A stretch of DNA of 48,899 nt from Candidatus Omnitrophota bacterium (lineage in GTDB: Bacteria; Omnitrophota; Gorgyraeia; Zapsychrales; Zapsychraceae). The notes beneath the pieces were generated by a model. The model made no database searches, was not told where the DNA came from, and worked only from the letters and a program-made list of their open reading frames with translations. Positions 19,163 to 29,363 of the stretch are shown here, piece by piece (within the stretch, counting starts at the first letter, position 1; every line of letters starts with the position of its first letter). The stretch lies in assembly GCA_015233495.1 (NCBI GenBank), contig JADFXQ010000008.1, positions 1 through 48,899 of the forward strand. The letters are read 5' to 3'. The position numbers and the translations under genes were made by a program.

Positions 19163-19297
19163 AAGACACTAGGACGCTCGACACAAGACACAAGTCAAGT
19201 CGGTGAAATTCTGAAAATATATAGTTGTGTTTGCCTGGATTTTCATCTTCAAATACAGCTTTCCACCAAAATACTTGTGTCCTGTGTCTTGTGTCTT
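19163..19297. repeat. Inverted heptamer-repeat (GACACAA/TTGTGTC) hairpin element
   Basis: Left arm gacacaagacacaagt, right arm acttgtgtcctgtgtcttgtgtc, ~77-nt spacer. Confidence 0.7.
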
Positions 19298-19300
19298 AAT

Positions 19301-20527
19301 TTATTCCAATACCGTATATGCTCTTTCCCGATGCTGGGTGATATCCAGCCCCATGAGTTCTTCGGTTTCTTTAACCCGCATTCCTAAAAAGATGTCTACG
19401 AATTTATAAACCAGCGTCGTCACGACAACCGTATACGCTGTAGCGACCAAAATTCCAAATCCTTGAATAAACAATTGCTTTATATTTCCATAAAACAACC
19501 CATCCGCGCCCGCCGGATTAACCGCTTTGGAAGCGAACAATCCGACAGCCAAAGTCCCTAAGATCCCCCCAATGCCATGCACGCCAAAGGCATCTAACGA
19601 ATCATCATAATTGAATTTCGGTTTTAAAATCGCGACTCCGATAAAACAGACGACGCTAGCGCAAAACCCGATGACTAAAGCGGACATCGGGCTCACATAT
19701 CCGGCGCAGGGAGTGATTGTAGCCAAACCAGCAATTGAACCGGTGACAATCCCAAAAACCGTGGGTTTGCCGTTCCGTACCCATTCGAGAATTGCCCAGC
19801 TGATTCCTGCTGCCGCAGCTGAAGCATTAGTGGTTACAAACGCATTTACCGCGATGCCGTTCGCGGCCAAGGCGCTGCCAGCGTTAAATCCAAACCAGCC
19901 AAACCATAATAGACCGGTGCCTAATACGACAAACGGCAAATTATGCGGCGCCGGCGTATGCTCCAGCTCTTTGCGCTTCCCGATAAAAATCGCCGTGAGC
20001 AGAGCCGCTATGCCCGCGCTGGTATGCACCACAATCCCGCCGGCAAAATCCAACACGCCCATGGCCTTGAGCCAGCCGCCGGAACCCCAGACCCAGTGGC
20101 ACAAAGGCGCGTACACAAAAGTTGACCACAATATAGTGAAAACCAGAAACGCCGAAAATTTTATCCGCTCCGCGAAAGCGCCGGCGATCAAAGCCGGAGT
20201 GATAATCGCGAACATGGCCTGAAATATCATAAACGCCGTGTGCGGAATGGTCGACGAATAATCCGCGAAAGGTTGTGAACCGACTCCGTTTAATCCCAGC
20301 CACTGCAGACCTCCCCAAAATCCGGCCGACGGGCCAAACGCTAAACTATAACCAAACAACATCCACCAGACACTGAGCAGACATAGGGCCGCGAAACACT
20401 GCATCAACACGCTTAAAATATTTTTCCGCCGCACCATCCCCCCGTAAAACAAGGCCAACCCCGGCGTCATCAACATGACAAGCGCCGCTGAAAATAACAC
20501 AAAAACCGTATCCGCGCCATTGACCAT
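19301..20527 (-). CDS. amtB: Ammonium transporter
   Basis: LMTPGLALFYGG, FQAMFA, DFAGGIVVH, LWFGWFGFNAGS, DDSLDAFGVH. Confidence 0.97.
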   Translation of the reverse strand: MVNGADTVFVLFSAALVMLMTPGLALFYGGMVRRKNILSVLMQCFAALCLLSVWWMLFGYSLAFGPSAGFWGGLQWLGLNGVGSQPFADYSSTIPHTAFMIFQAMFAIITPALIAGAFAERIKFSAFLVFTILWSTFVYAPLCHWVWGSGGWLKAMGVLDFAGGIVVHTSAGIAALLTAIFIGKRKELEHTPAPHNLPFVVLGTGLLWFGWFGFNAGSALAANGIAVNAFVTTNASAAAAGISWAILEWVRNGKPTVFGIVTGSIAGLATITPCAGYVSPMSALVIGFCASVVCFIGVAILKPKFNYDDSLDAFGVHGIGGILGTLAVGLFASKAVNPAGADGLFYGNIKQLFIQGFGILVATAYTVVVTTLVYKFVDIFLGMRVKETEELMGLDITQHRERAYTVLE

Positions 20528-20597
20528 ACCCCATTCTCCTTTTTTGTCATTCCCGCGCTGGACTTTCTGACGCTCAGCGGGAATCTAATGTGACAAT

Positions 20598-20681
20598 AAA
20601 AAAAGCGCTCCCGCCGATTGAACCAGTTCAATCAGCAAGAACGCTTCGTCGCGCTCCAAAATCCCGGCACCTCAGCGTGCC
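20598..20681 (-). promoter_or_regulatory. Dual hexaloop hairpin plus overlapping terminator (ANTAR-type attenuator) in amtB leader
   Basis: GGCAC-GCUGAG-GUGCC and GCGC-GACGAA-GCGU 11 nt apart; second overlaps a ~20-bp stem with U7; TATAAT at 20703-20708 upstream. Confidence 0.7.
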
Positions 20682-20739
20682 AAAAATCAACTTATTTAAA
20701 ATATTATATCTAACAAAATCAAAACCGCCACAAATATTT

Positions 20740-20874
20740 TTATGGTTGGCGAAGCAGGCGAAGCATATCGTGCGTCCCGATTTTTCGCAAATACGCCGTG
20801 TCACCGATCTTTTTATAAGTGATCCGATAGCTTTGCGAAACCCTCAATTCATAAATATCGGTTTGACCCGCCAT
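20740..20874 (-). pseudogene. RelE/YafQ-superfamily toxin C-terminal remnant (44 aa, not in ORF track)
   Basis: Translates MAGQTDIYELRVSQSYRITYKKIGDTAYLRKIGTHDMLRLLRQP; in-frame stop just upstream. Confidence 0.6.
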
Positions 20875-20921
20875 TTTCTTATTGCATTATTTGTCAAGCC
20901 TTTCCAACAGCTCTTTCAAAT

Positions 20922-23900
20922 TTACGGAATGATTAATTGCAGTTCCTGCGGCTGGATTTTGATATGCATAATGCCTGATAGAATCTCATTATCCGGCTTG
21001 CCGGATAAAAGCAAAGAGACCATATCCGAGATAGCTGGTTCGGCGGCAAACGCGCGGCTCTCCTCGATTCGCAAAATTTCCGCGATCAGACCCATTACGT
21101 ACCCCATACGATCGGCCAACACTTCTTGCTGGCAGCACGCCAAAAGAAAATTCTTAACCCGCTCTGATGACGGTAAAACCCCTTCATTGACAATTGCTTG
21201 AATCCGCTGCCACTCCGCGGTTAAATTAATTTTCTCCAACCGCATAGCTTCGGCCGGGCTCAATGCTCCGCCTTGCCCATTCAGTAAACTGTTCGCCGGC
21301 CTCCCCCGTAAATCCTTAAAATCAACACCGCCGGTTTTATTATCTTGCATCGTTGGAGTCGCTGTTGAGTCCGCGCTCCCATCATTTATTACCGGCGCGG
21401 CAACCGCTGGCAATCCGGCTTGAACAATCGCAGAAGACATTGTGCCGTATGCGAAATCCACCCCAGAACGTTTCATTTCCGTCAATATAGTGTCAATTTG
21501 CGTATCCGGGTTTACAAGCGGATTTGGGTCTTTGATTAAAATCGCCCGAACTTCTTGCGGAGTGGTTTTTCCTTCAGCAAAATCCAAAAGCGCCCCATAA
21601 CCGCCGCCCATGAATGCGTGGATATCGGCAATAGTTTGGCGCGCTGACTCTTCCGGCAAACCCGCCTCATCTATTAGTCGCGCTACTGCTTCTTGCGTGA
21701 GCTCCTTTGCATCCTCTTTATCCACGATCTTGTTCCAAACATCCCAAGAATACTGCAAGCAAATTTCAATTGCGATAGCATTAGATAGGATCGCCGGTAT
21801 ATTTTCTATGCCCGGCTGAACGATCGCCTCCGCCATTACCTCAGAGGCATGAAATTTCGCATCATCGATCAATGCGCTGTATAACTGCGCTATTTTCACG
21901 GGATCCGTTGTATCAAATGAAGAAATATCCTGCTCCAAAACGGATTTCAAAATGTTTAATACCCCTGTACTTATCTCCTCTCTGCTGTGTCGAACGAGCA
22001 ATTCCTGAAGCGCTTTAACATCACGAGGTTTACGTAATTGGCGCAATCCAGCTATAGTCGCAAAACGCGCATCAATATCCTCAAATCCTTGCACATACAT
22101 GGGAGACAGGGGATCAAAATCAGCAGGAATATCGGCCGACCGGGATGAGAAAAATTTCCCGATTTTAGAAAGCCTGACTACCGGCGCTGGTTCCGTAAGC
22201 GCGGTAATCGTTTTTGAAACCCAGTCCGTATTTGAGGTTGTTGTATAATAAACTGTGGAAATCCCCGCATTTGCCGCCATTTTGTTAATAGTTTTCAAAC
22301 CGCTATTCAACATTTCAACACGGATTTGCCGGTCTTGAAATACGGAAGCTTGAGTGCTGGTTTTTGCCGCGACCTCCACCGCGTGAACATAAAGCGTCAA
22401 ATTCCCAGCCCGGTCTTTAACAATAATCATATTGTATTTAGCGTAAAATTTTCCGCCGCGGTATTGCGTCACCATAAAATGCATCTGGCTCGCGATCCAA
22501 ATAGGAACCGACCAAAAATTAATCCCGACCCCGGTCTTTTCTGCGTTTAAACTCGCGGTACAGTCGCCGCAAAGGTCGCCGTATTTTAATTCGGTCAAAT
22601 CCCGCGGAGAAATACGAAAGGTTATACCGCTTTTGTCCGGCGGATTTAACACTTCCGCGATTTCATCGGCATACACATCAATCAGTGCCGGCTGGGCTGT
22701 AAACTCCGCCAAAGTGTGTCCGGTCGCAAAGAACAGGCGGTCGGATAAGGCTTGCTGTGCTTTAGGTTGACCTTTTTTTTCGTCTTTTTGTCGGGCAACC
22801 TGGGCGGCTGTCTGTAAAGTACCGGAGACTTCCGAAGCGTCCTGGATATTCAATAATTTAAGCAGTCTTTTGCCCTGGCTGCCCAATCGCGCGATGTCCT
22901 CGGCGGCATTCTCCCAAACCCAATCTTTAATATTTCCCCTTTTAATGAGCAGCCATAATATAGAATAATGTTTTTCCATATGATAATCTGTTAATCCGCT
23001 TAAAATTTCCGCCGGAGATAGTAAACTGTAATTTTTTTTCAGTCGCGCGATAAAACGATCAAAATCAGCATCCCGCATCATAAATCGGCCGGCCGCATCC
23101 ATCTCCATCAATTGCAGAATATCTCCCATGTTATACATAGCCGCTATGAAAAATAAAGGCGCGGCCATTCGCAATTTTTGCAGGCGTTCTTTTCCTTTAT
23201 CATAAAGATTCCCGGAAGCCTGCTGTATTTGGCTTAACTGTTGCCTTAATGCCGCCAAATTTTCATCGATTCGACCGCGCAGTGTTTTCGTTGGGTCTTT
23301 CGGCATAGCCGCTTCCAATGGCAGCAAAGCTTCGGCAAGCAATGTGTCAAGAAAGCCCGAGACATCCTCTTGCTTGACTGCGGATAATTCTTCCGGTCTT
23401 TCCGCAAGAGCGGCTGATAACACGGGAGGCATATTGGGCAAATTACCAATAGTTCTTTTTCCAATTGGGGCTGGAAATAAAATAGTATAGGCCGGAAAAG
23501 ACACTTCTTGTGTTCTTCCGGTGAGGGGATCTGTCTGATGCGCCGTTTGGGTTTGAACGCTTTCCACCCTGCCTTTGCCGTATTTAATATGCATTACTTG
23601 ATCCCCGATGTTAAATTGGAGAGTTTCTACGGGAGAAGAACTGACCACCATGCGTTTTCGTTCTAAATTCCCCAATGGAGATGACGACTGTAATCTGATT
23701 TCTGCCGCCCTTAAAGGACTGCTGAATGTCGCTAAAATCGGCATATTAGTCGGAGTTATTGGCGGCGCCACAAAGCTGGGGTATACGGTTACCGCTCCTG
23801 AGGAAGCTGCGGAAAGACTCGCGGCCGGTATTGATAAATCAAACACCATCCCGCCGCTGATATAATTTCTGACTACCGGTTCATCAGAAGCGTCAATCGC

Positions 23901-24884
23901 TTGATTTGTGTTGTATTCGCCGGATTGAAATGATTTTTTATATTCCGCGAAATAGGTGAGCGGCGACCAAGCGGCCGGTGAAGCCAGTCCGGCCAAATTT
24001 TCTTTATCGATCAGCGCGGAGTATACCCCCGGTCTGCCCTTATATCTCGACTTGAACCACTGCGCCATGATGAGCGAATAATAAACTTGGCGCAAGGCCG
24101 CGTAGCGGGGCGCGGCATTGATTTCAACCGTCAGTTTCGGAATGATGAGTTCCCGGACCAAACGCGCCGCGTATTCGTTCAACGCCTTGGCCCGGGGATC
24201 TTTAAAATTATAAACTGCCGAATCTTTAAGATAATCCTGCTCCAGCATCACTTTCAGCGTGGCTTTATAAATATACGCGCCATTACCCGACTCATTCCTG
24301 CCTTTCTTCCCTTCGGAAATTATGATCTCTCCCGGCACAATCCACGGCCGGGTCATCGTGGGGATTTCAATATTTTGCGTCCCATACAATTCCGCGGCTT
24401 TTTGATAAAGTTTTTCCCAATATTGTTTACCCTCCGGCATATCCGGAGACGTGAACTTGGCCGTGTCTTTTTTCAACTGCACATCCGCGGCCAACAAAAC
24501 TTTGCCCACATCGGTTTTGGCCAAACGACTGTCCATAATCCGGTCCGGCGCGTCCGGCTTTAAGTTCACCCAAAACGCACTGTTCGGCAACGTGATTCCG
24601 ACAAAAAAATAATTCAAAAGAATTTTGGCAGCCGCTTCGATGTCGGCGGACTGGGGAGTTTTAAAATCACCTTTATCTATCAAGAGATGAAAATTGTTCC
24701 CGGCCGGGTCATAACTCAATGACCGCAAGTGCAGGGGCCGAAACGGTTCCTGAATCAGCGAATTACGAAACGCCCCAATCGCTCCCGGAATATTCAAACT
24801 CCCGGCAATCTGGGCAAAGCCCGTCTGCTGATAAATGAGGCATAAACACAAAACTAAGGACAATATTTTATTTTGTCGCGGCAT
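20922..24884 (-). CDS. Large secreted modular protein (conserved N-domain, variable cargo, GGVDF C-domain)
   Basis: 1320 aa; signal peptide; N-terminal ~340 aa homologous to ORF 36065-39919. Confidence 0.85.
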   Translation of the reverse strand: MPRQNKILSLVLCLCLIYQQTGFAQIAGSLNIPGAIGAFRNSLIQEPFRPLHLRSLSYDPAGNNFHLLIDKGDFKTPQSADIEAAAKILLNYFFVGITLPNSAFWVNLKPDAPDRIMDSRLAKTDVGKVLLAADVQLKKDTAKFTSPDMPEGKQYWEKLYQKAAELYGTQNIEIPTMTRPWIVPGEIIISEGKKGRNESGNGAYIYKATLKVMLEQDYLKDSAVYNFKDPRAKALNEYAARLVRELIIPKLTVEINAAPRYAALRQVYYSLIMAQWFKSRYKGRPGVYSALIDKENLAGLASPAAWSPLTYFAEYKKSFQSGEYNTNQAIDASDEPVVRNYISGGMVFDLSIPAASLSAASSGAVTVYPSFVAPPITPTNMPILATFSSPLRAAEIRLQSSSPLGNLERKRMVVSSSPVETLQFNIGDQVMHIKYGKGRVESVQTQTAHQTDPLTGRTQEVSFPAYTILFPAPIGKRTIGNLPNMPPVLSAALAERPEELSAVKQEDVSGFLDTLLAEALLPLEAAMPKDPTKTLRGRIDENLAALRQQLSQIQQASGNLYDKGKERLQKLRMAAPLFFIAAMYNMGDILQLMEMDAAGRFMMRDADFDRFIARLKKNYSLLSPAEILSGLTDYHMEKHYSILWLLIKRGNIKDWVWENAAEDIARLGSQGKRLLKLLNIQDASEVSGTLQTAAQVARQKDEKKGQPKAQQALSDRLFFATGHTLAEFTAQPALIDVYADEIAEVLNPPDKSGITFRISPRDLTELKYGDLCGDCTASLNAEKTGVGINFWSVPIWIASQMHFMVTQYRGGKFYAKYNMIIVKDRAGNLTLYVHAVEVAAKTSTQASVFQDRQIRVEMLNSGLKTINKMAANAGISTVYYTTTSNTDWVSKTITALTEPAPVVRLSKIGKFFSSRSADIPADFDPLSPMYVQGFEDIDARFATIAGLRQLRKPRDVKALQELLVRHSREEISTGVLNILKSVLEQDISSFDTTDPVKIAQLYSALIDDAKFHASEVMAEAIVQPGIENIPAILSNAIAIEICLQYSWDVWNKIVDKEDAKELTQEAVARLIDEAGLPEESARQTIADIHAFMGGGYGALLDFAEGKTTPQEVRAILIKDPNPLVNPDTQIDTILTEMKRSGVDFAYGTMSSAIVQAGLPAVAAPVINDGSADSTATPTMQDNKTGGVDFKDLRGRPANSLLNGQGGALSPAEAMRLEKINLTAEWQRIQAIVNEGVLPSSERVKNFLLACCQQEVLADRMGYVMGLIAEILRIEESRAFAAEPAISDMVSLLLSGKPDNEILSGIMHIKIQPQELQLIIP

Positions 24885-24988
24885 ACATCTTCCCGGTTCG
24901 GCGAAGCGTCAATAATATATCTAATTAAAATATATCCTATAAACCGTGAAAAACAAGGCATTCGGACGGGATTCAGGAAAGCGTTTCC

Positions 24989-27040
24989 TTATTCGTACCG
25001 CAGGGCTTCGATGGGGTTGAGTTTGGAGGCTTGCACTGCCGGCCAGATGCCAAAGATTAGGCCGACGATCAGGGAAAACGTGGTGGCTAACAACAGAGGA
25101 AACACCGAAATTTTTACCGCCCAACCGGCGAATACGACGATCAACAGCGATACGCCGACGCCGATCGCGACGCCGATCAAGCCGCCCAGAAAAGACAAAA
25201 GCATGGCTTCAATCAAAAACTGCATGAGAATATCGCGGTTGTTCGCGCCGATCGCTTTGCGGAGGCCGATTTCGCGGGTGCGTTCGGTCACGGAAACCAG
25301 CATGATATTCATGATCCCGATGCCGCCGACAATCAGCGAAATTGTGGCAATAATCCCCAGCAGCATACTCATGATTTTGGTGCTCTGCATCATTGCTTCT
25401 TTTATATCCGACATATTGCGGACTTGAAAATTATCGTCCGCCTCTTTAGGGGTCAGATGATGAATTTTGCTGACGGTTTTGACAATTTCCGTCTGCGCCG
25501 CGTCAGCCGCTTCGGGGCCGCTAACTTCAGCGGCAATTGAATCAATGTATTGTTTTCCCAAAACCCGGTACATCGCGGTAGTGATCGGAATGATCACAAT
25601 GTCATCCTGATCGCGCCAGCCGCTGGCTCCGCGCGCCGGCAAAACGCCGATCACTTTAAAATTGATCAGGTTGATCTTAATGGTTTCGCCAATCGGGTCG
25701 GCGTCGCCAAATAATTGCCGGGCCACGGTAGCTCCGATCAAAGTAACCTTGGCCCGCTTTTTTACTTCATCGTCGGTAAAAAACCGGCCCGCCACCGGCG
25801 CGGCGTTACGCATGGTTTCGTATGCCGTGCCGTCCCCCTCGACTTGGGAATTCCAATTTTTACTGCTATAAACCAACTGCGCCCGGCCTTGCACCGAAGG
25901 GTTGACATTTTTAATCACCAACTGGATTTTGGCAATCGCGTCAACATCTTCAAAGGTAAACCGGGTCACTGACCCGGCTTGCATGGATACCCCGTGACTG
26001 TTCGCGGACCCGGGCATAATCATCAGTAAGTTCGAGCCTAAGGAGGACAATTGTTTTTCAATCGAATCCTGAGCGCCGCGGCCCAGCGAGATCATGGCGA
26101 TTACCGCGGCCACGCCGATCAAAATCCCGAGTACTGAAAGGAAAGTGCGCATTTTATGCGAGGCCATGGCAAACACGGCCTGCTTCATGTATTCCCAAAA
26201 CTTGATCCCGCCGGCAACCGAGACAGCGGCGTCGGAATCCGGGGTTACGGTTTTTCCATAACCTTCCGGCGCTGATACCTCTCGGCCTACCGGATCCGCT
26301 AAGCCTGCATTCGAGGCTGATGCCAGCCTGGCTCCGGTTGCTGATGGAGCGCCATTCTGAATTTTATCCGAAACGATCACGCCATCCTTCATCACAATAA
26401 CCCGTTTCGCTACCGCTGCCATCTCGTTTTCATGGGTGACCATGATGATCGTCTTGCCTTTACGGTTCAATTCCTGAAGTATTCCAATGATTTCCGCTTT
26501 GCTCTTGGAATCCAGATTGCCGGTCGGCTCATCCGCGAAAAGAATCAGCGGATCATTTACCAATGAACGGGCAATGGCCACGCGCTGCTGCTGGCCTCCG
26601 GACATTTCATTAGGACGATGCTGCATACGGTCCTTGAGTCCCACCTCTTCTAAACGCTGGTTGATCACCGCCTCATGTTTGCCGCCTTCCAATCCGGCGT
26701 AAATCAAAGGAAGTTCCACATTGCCCGCGGCAGTCATGTTAGCCAACAAATGGAACTGCTGAAAAATAAAACCCAAGCGTTTATTGCGCAAGGTAGCCAA
26801 TTCGTCATCCGTGCATTTTTTGACATCCTGGCCTTCCAGCAAATACGTCCCTTCGTCCGGCCGATCGAGTAAACCGAGAACATGCATCAAGGTGGATTTT
26901 CCCGACCCAGAAGGCCCCATAATCGCCACAAATTCCCCGGCGCATATCGTCAAAGAAACCCGGCGCAAGGCCTGGACGTCAATCTTGCCCATGCGGTAGG
27001 TTTTAGATAAATCTTTAACTTGGATAATAGTTTTATTCAT
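24989..27040 (-). CDS. macB: MacB-type ABC exporter (ATPase-permease fusion)
   Basis: [47 protein letters not shown]. Confidence 0.92.
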   Translation of the reverse strand: MNKTIIQVKDLSKTYRMGKIDVQALRRVSLTICAGEFVAIMGPSGSGKSTLMHVLGLLDRPDEGTYLLEGQDVKKCTDDELATLRNKRLGFIFQQFHLLANMTAAGNVELPLIYAGLEGGKHEAVINQRLEEVGLKDRMQHRPNEMSGGQQQRVAIARSLVNDPLILFADEPTGNLDSKSKAEIIGILQELNRKGKTIIMVTHENEMAAVAKRVIVMKDGVIVSDKIQNGAPSATGARLASASNAGLADPVGREVSAPEGYGKTVTPDSDAAVSVAGGIKFWEYMKQAVFAMASHKMRTFLSVLGILIGVAAVIAMISLGRGAQDSIEKQLSSLGSNLLMIMPGSANSHGVSMQAGSVTRFTFEDVDAIAKIQLVIKNVNPSVQGRAQLVYSSKNWNSQVEGDGTAYETMRNAAPVAGRFFTDDEVKKRAKVTLIGATVARQLFGDADPIGETIKINLINFKVIGVLPARGASGWRDQDDIVIIPITTAMYRVLGKQYIDSIAAEVSGPEAADAAQTEIVKTVSKIHHLTPKEADDNFQVRNMSDIKEAMMQSTKIMSMLLGIIATISLIVGGIGIMNIMLVSVTERTREIGLRKAIGANNRDILMQFLIEAMLLSFLGGLIGVAIGVGVSLLIVVFAGWAVKISVFPLLLATTFSLIVGLIFGIWPAVQASKLNPIEALRYE

Positions 27041-27070
27041 TCCCAACCACTCCCCCGCCTTAAGCCTCTT

Positions 27071-28030
27071 TTACCTTCCCGGTCTTCGGGCTGGCATAAA
27101 CGGATTTTTCCCACCCGGGTCTTTTGCCGGTACTGTGTATTTTTTCGCCTTGATAATAACCGTATCCTCGGCGGCGATACCCGAAACAATTTCCACATTT
27201 TTATCATCAGTAATCCCCAGCTCAACCTCGGTTTTTACCGGTTCCTCTCCCGAAGACTTAACGAACACAAAATTTCCCTTGGGGGTTTTGCGCACCGCGT
27301 CAACTGGCAGTAATAAAATATTTTGCTTATCATATTCGACAAAGTCCACGTTCGCGTTCATGCCGGAACGTAAAAACGCCGGCACCTCGTCCATCAAGAG
27401 ATCCACATGATAAATCGTCACATTATTGACCGTCTGTGATTCATAATAAATATGATCGACTTTCGCTTTAATCTTTTTATCCGCGTACGCGTCCAAACTC
27501 ACCGCGGCCTTCTGCCCCAAAGAAATTTTTCCGATATCCGTTTCATCCACTTGCGCCTGGATGATCAAATGATCCGAAAGGACCACCACCGCGTCAGCCG
27601 TAGTCACGGTTTGCGCCGGCTGGGTAGTCGCCACAATCACCTGCCCGTCCATCGGCGACAAAAGCGGAATGGCTTTATACACGTCTTGCCAATACTGCAC
27701 CGCGGCCGCGTCCTGACCCCGCGCCGCGTCCAAAAGCGCGGCCCGCTCCGTCGAGCTCATCCAGGCGATAATCTGCCCGGCCTTGACCATGTCCCCTTCC
27801 TGAACCAGCACTTTATCAATCCGGCCATTGACCGGCGGCTTGACTTCCAGACGGTTTTTCGGCAGCACGGTTCCGGTCGTGGAAATAAAGGTCTGAATCG
27901 CTCCGACCTTCGGCTGTATCTCTTTTATGGCTTCCGTTGCCGTATTCCCTTTTTTAACGCGCGCCACAATGAAAGCGGCAACCGCTACGACGAGCAGCAA
28001 CGCAATAATTTTATTTCGGGCCTTATTCAA
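27071..28030 (-). CDS. macA: MacA-type periplasmic adaptor (membrane fusion protein)
   Basis: TTG start behind AGGAG; N-terminal TM, lipoyl halves (GRIDKVLVQEGDMVKAGQ, SPMDGQV), VDETDIGKI. Confidence 0.85.
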   Translation of the reverse strand: MNKARNKIIALLLVVAVAAFIVARVKKGNTATEAIKEIQPKVGAIQTFISTTGTVLPKNRLEVKPPVNGRIDKVLVQEGDMVKAGQIIAWMSSTERAALLDAARGQDAAAVQYWQDVYKAIPLLSPMDGQVIVATTQPAQTVTTADAVVVLSDHLIIQAQVDETDIGKISLGQKAAVSLDAYADKKIKAKVDHIYYESQTVNNVTIYHVDLLMDEVPAFLRSGMNANVDFVEYDKQNILLLPVDAVRKTPKGNFVFVKSSGEEPVKTEVELGITDDKNVEIVSGIAAEDTVIIKAKKYTVPAKDPGGKNPFMPARRPGR

Positions 28031-29312
28031 GTGTTTCTCCTTTCGCCTGGATCCAATTTGCTTCCGCCAAGAGCGCGTTGGCTTGAGCGTCCAAATATGT
28101 TTTTTTCGCGCCGACCAAAGTATCCTCAATTATCGACCAGTTATCATACGTGATGAAACCGGCGGAATATTCCGCCTCCGCGATTTTTGCGCGCTCCTGC
28201 GCTGCAGTTAACGCTTTTTCCCGCACTGTCACTAACTCCAAGTTGTCCTGCAAACTGTTCCAATTATTCACCAAAGCGACCACTATCCCGTCTCTGGCGC
28301 TGCGGCTGTCCGCGGCGGCTTTATTCAAAACCGCTTTGGCTTGCGCCAATTGTCCGGTCCTTTGTCCCCCATCGAAAATCGGCATTGACACCGTCAATCC
28401 CGCGTCCCAACTGTCATCCTTCGGCGCCCACTGATGCCCGGCGCGGTCCGCGCCAGCCTGTCCCGTCAATTTAGGAAAAAAACTGCCCCGCGCTGATGCC
28501 ACGCTAAACGCGGCCGCGTTTTCCTGCGCGGCAGCCTGCAATACCGTGGGATGCCGGCTGGCAATTGCCGCGAAATCCGGTGGAGCGCTGGCCGCAGTCT
28601 GTTCATTCTTGTTTATACCCGTATCTTTAACCGAAAAATCACCCGATACGCTCAACGCGGCGAATTCCGGCCAGCCCATTTCTTTATTTAACTGCCTCTG
28701 CGCCAACACCACGTCGCGCTTCGCCTGATTGATCTCAAATTCCGCCGAAGCTAAATTCGCTTCGGCGTTTAAAAGCGCGCCCTTATGTTCCAAGCCGCTT
28801 TGATAACGCAAGGCGATCAAATCGCGTTCACTTTTACGAATCTGGGCGATATCTCGCGTAACGGCAATCAAACCCTGCGCCTTAAGCAAATTCACAAAAG
28901 CCGTTCGTAACCGCAACCGGATTTGGGAAGACGCGAATCGATAACTCTGTTGGCTGGCCTTGACGTTTTCTTTAGCCGCGGCTAAATCATTGGGAGTTTT
29001 CATCCCGTCAAAAATCAATTGGGACACATTCGCCCCATAAGAATAGGAATTGGTTTTTACACTCTCGCCGTTGGAAGAAGCCGCGGTCCGCGACGCGGAC
29101 GCGCTGGAAGTGACCTGCGGAAACAAACCACTCCGCGTGACTTGGCGGCTGGCTTGCGACTGACGCACGGATTCCTCCGCGGAAATCAAATCCGGATTAT
29201 TTTTTTGCGATTCCGCCAAACAGTCTTGCCAAGTCAAAGTTTGCTGGGCGAAAGACGGCAGGCAAAAGATTAAAGTAAACAGCAAAAAAACCAAAATTTT
29301 ATATCCACGCAT
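28023..29312 (-). CDS. TolC-family outer membrane efflux protein
   Basis: Signal peptide, NNPDL, two OEP repeats (LFPQV, FFPKL, PIFDGG). Confidence 0.9.
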   Translation of the reverse strand: MRGYKILVFLLFTLIFCLPSFAQQTLTWQDCLAESQKNNPDLISAEESVRQSQASRQVTRSGLFPQVTSSASASRTAASSNGESVKTNSYSYGANVSQLIFDGMKTPNDLAAAKENVKASQQSYRFASSQIRLRLRTAFVNLLKAQGLIAVTRDIAQIRKSERDLIALRYQSGLEHKGALLNAEANLASAEFEINQAKRDVVLAQRQLNKEMGWPEFAALSVSGDFSVKDTGINKNEQTAASAPPDFAAIASRHPTVLQAAAQENAAAFSVASARGSFFPKLTGQAGADRAGHQWAPKDDSWDAGLTVSMPIFDGGQRTGQLAQAKAVLNKAAADSRSARDGIVVALVNNWNSLQDNLELVTVREKALTAAQERAKIAEAEYSAGFITYDNWSIIEDTLVGAKKTYLDAQANALLAEANWIQAKGETLE

Positions 29313-29363
29313 AATTTCATCCTTGATCTTTGCCTGCCGTCTTATCCCGTTTCTTGACTGAAA

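Noticed and set aside
19163..19297. CRISPR-like array
   Set aside because: 7-bp units in inverted arms with no unique spacers and no cas genes
20590..21201. 203-aa plus-strand ORF
   Set aside because: Antisense to the large gene end, toxin remnant and amtB leader; no motifs
28031..28129. Long MacA start overlapping tolC
   Set aside because: TTG at 28030 has an AGGAG RBS and directly precedes the TM anchor
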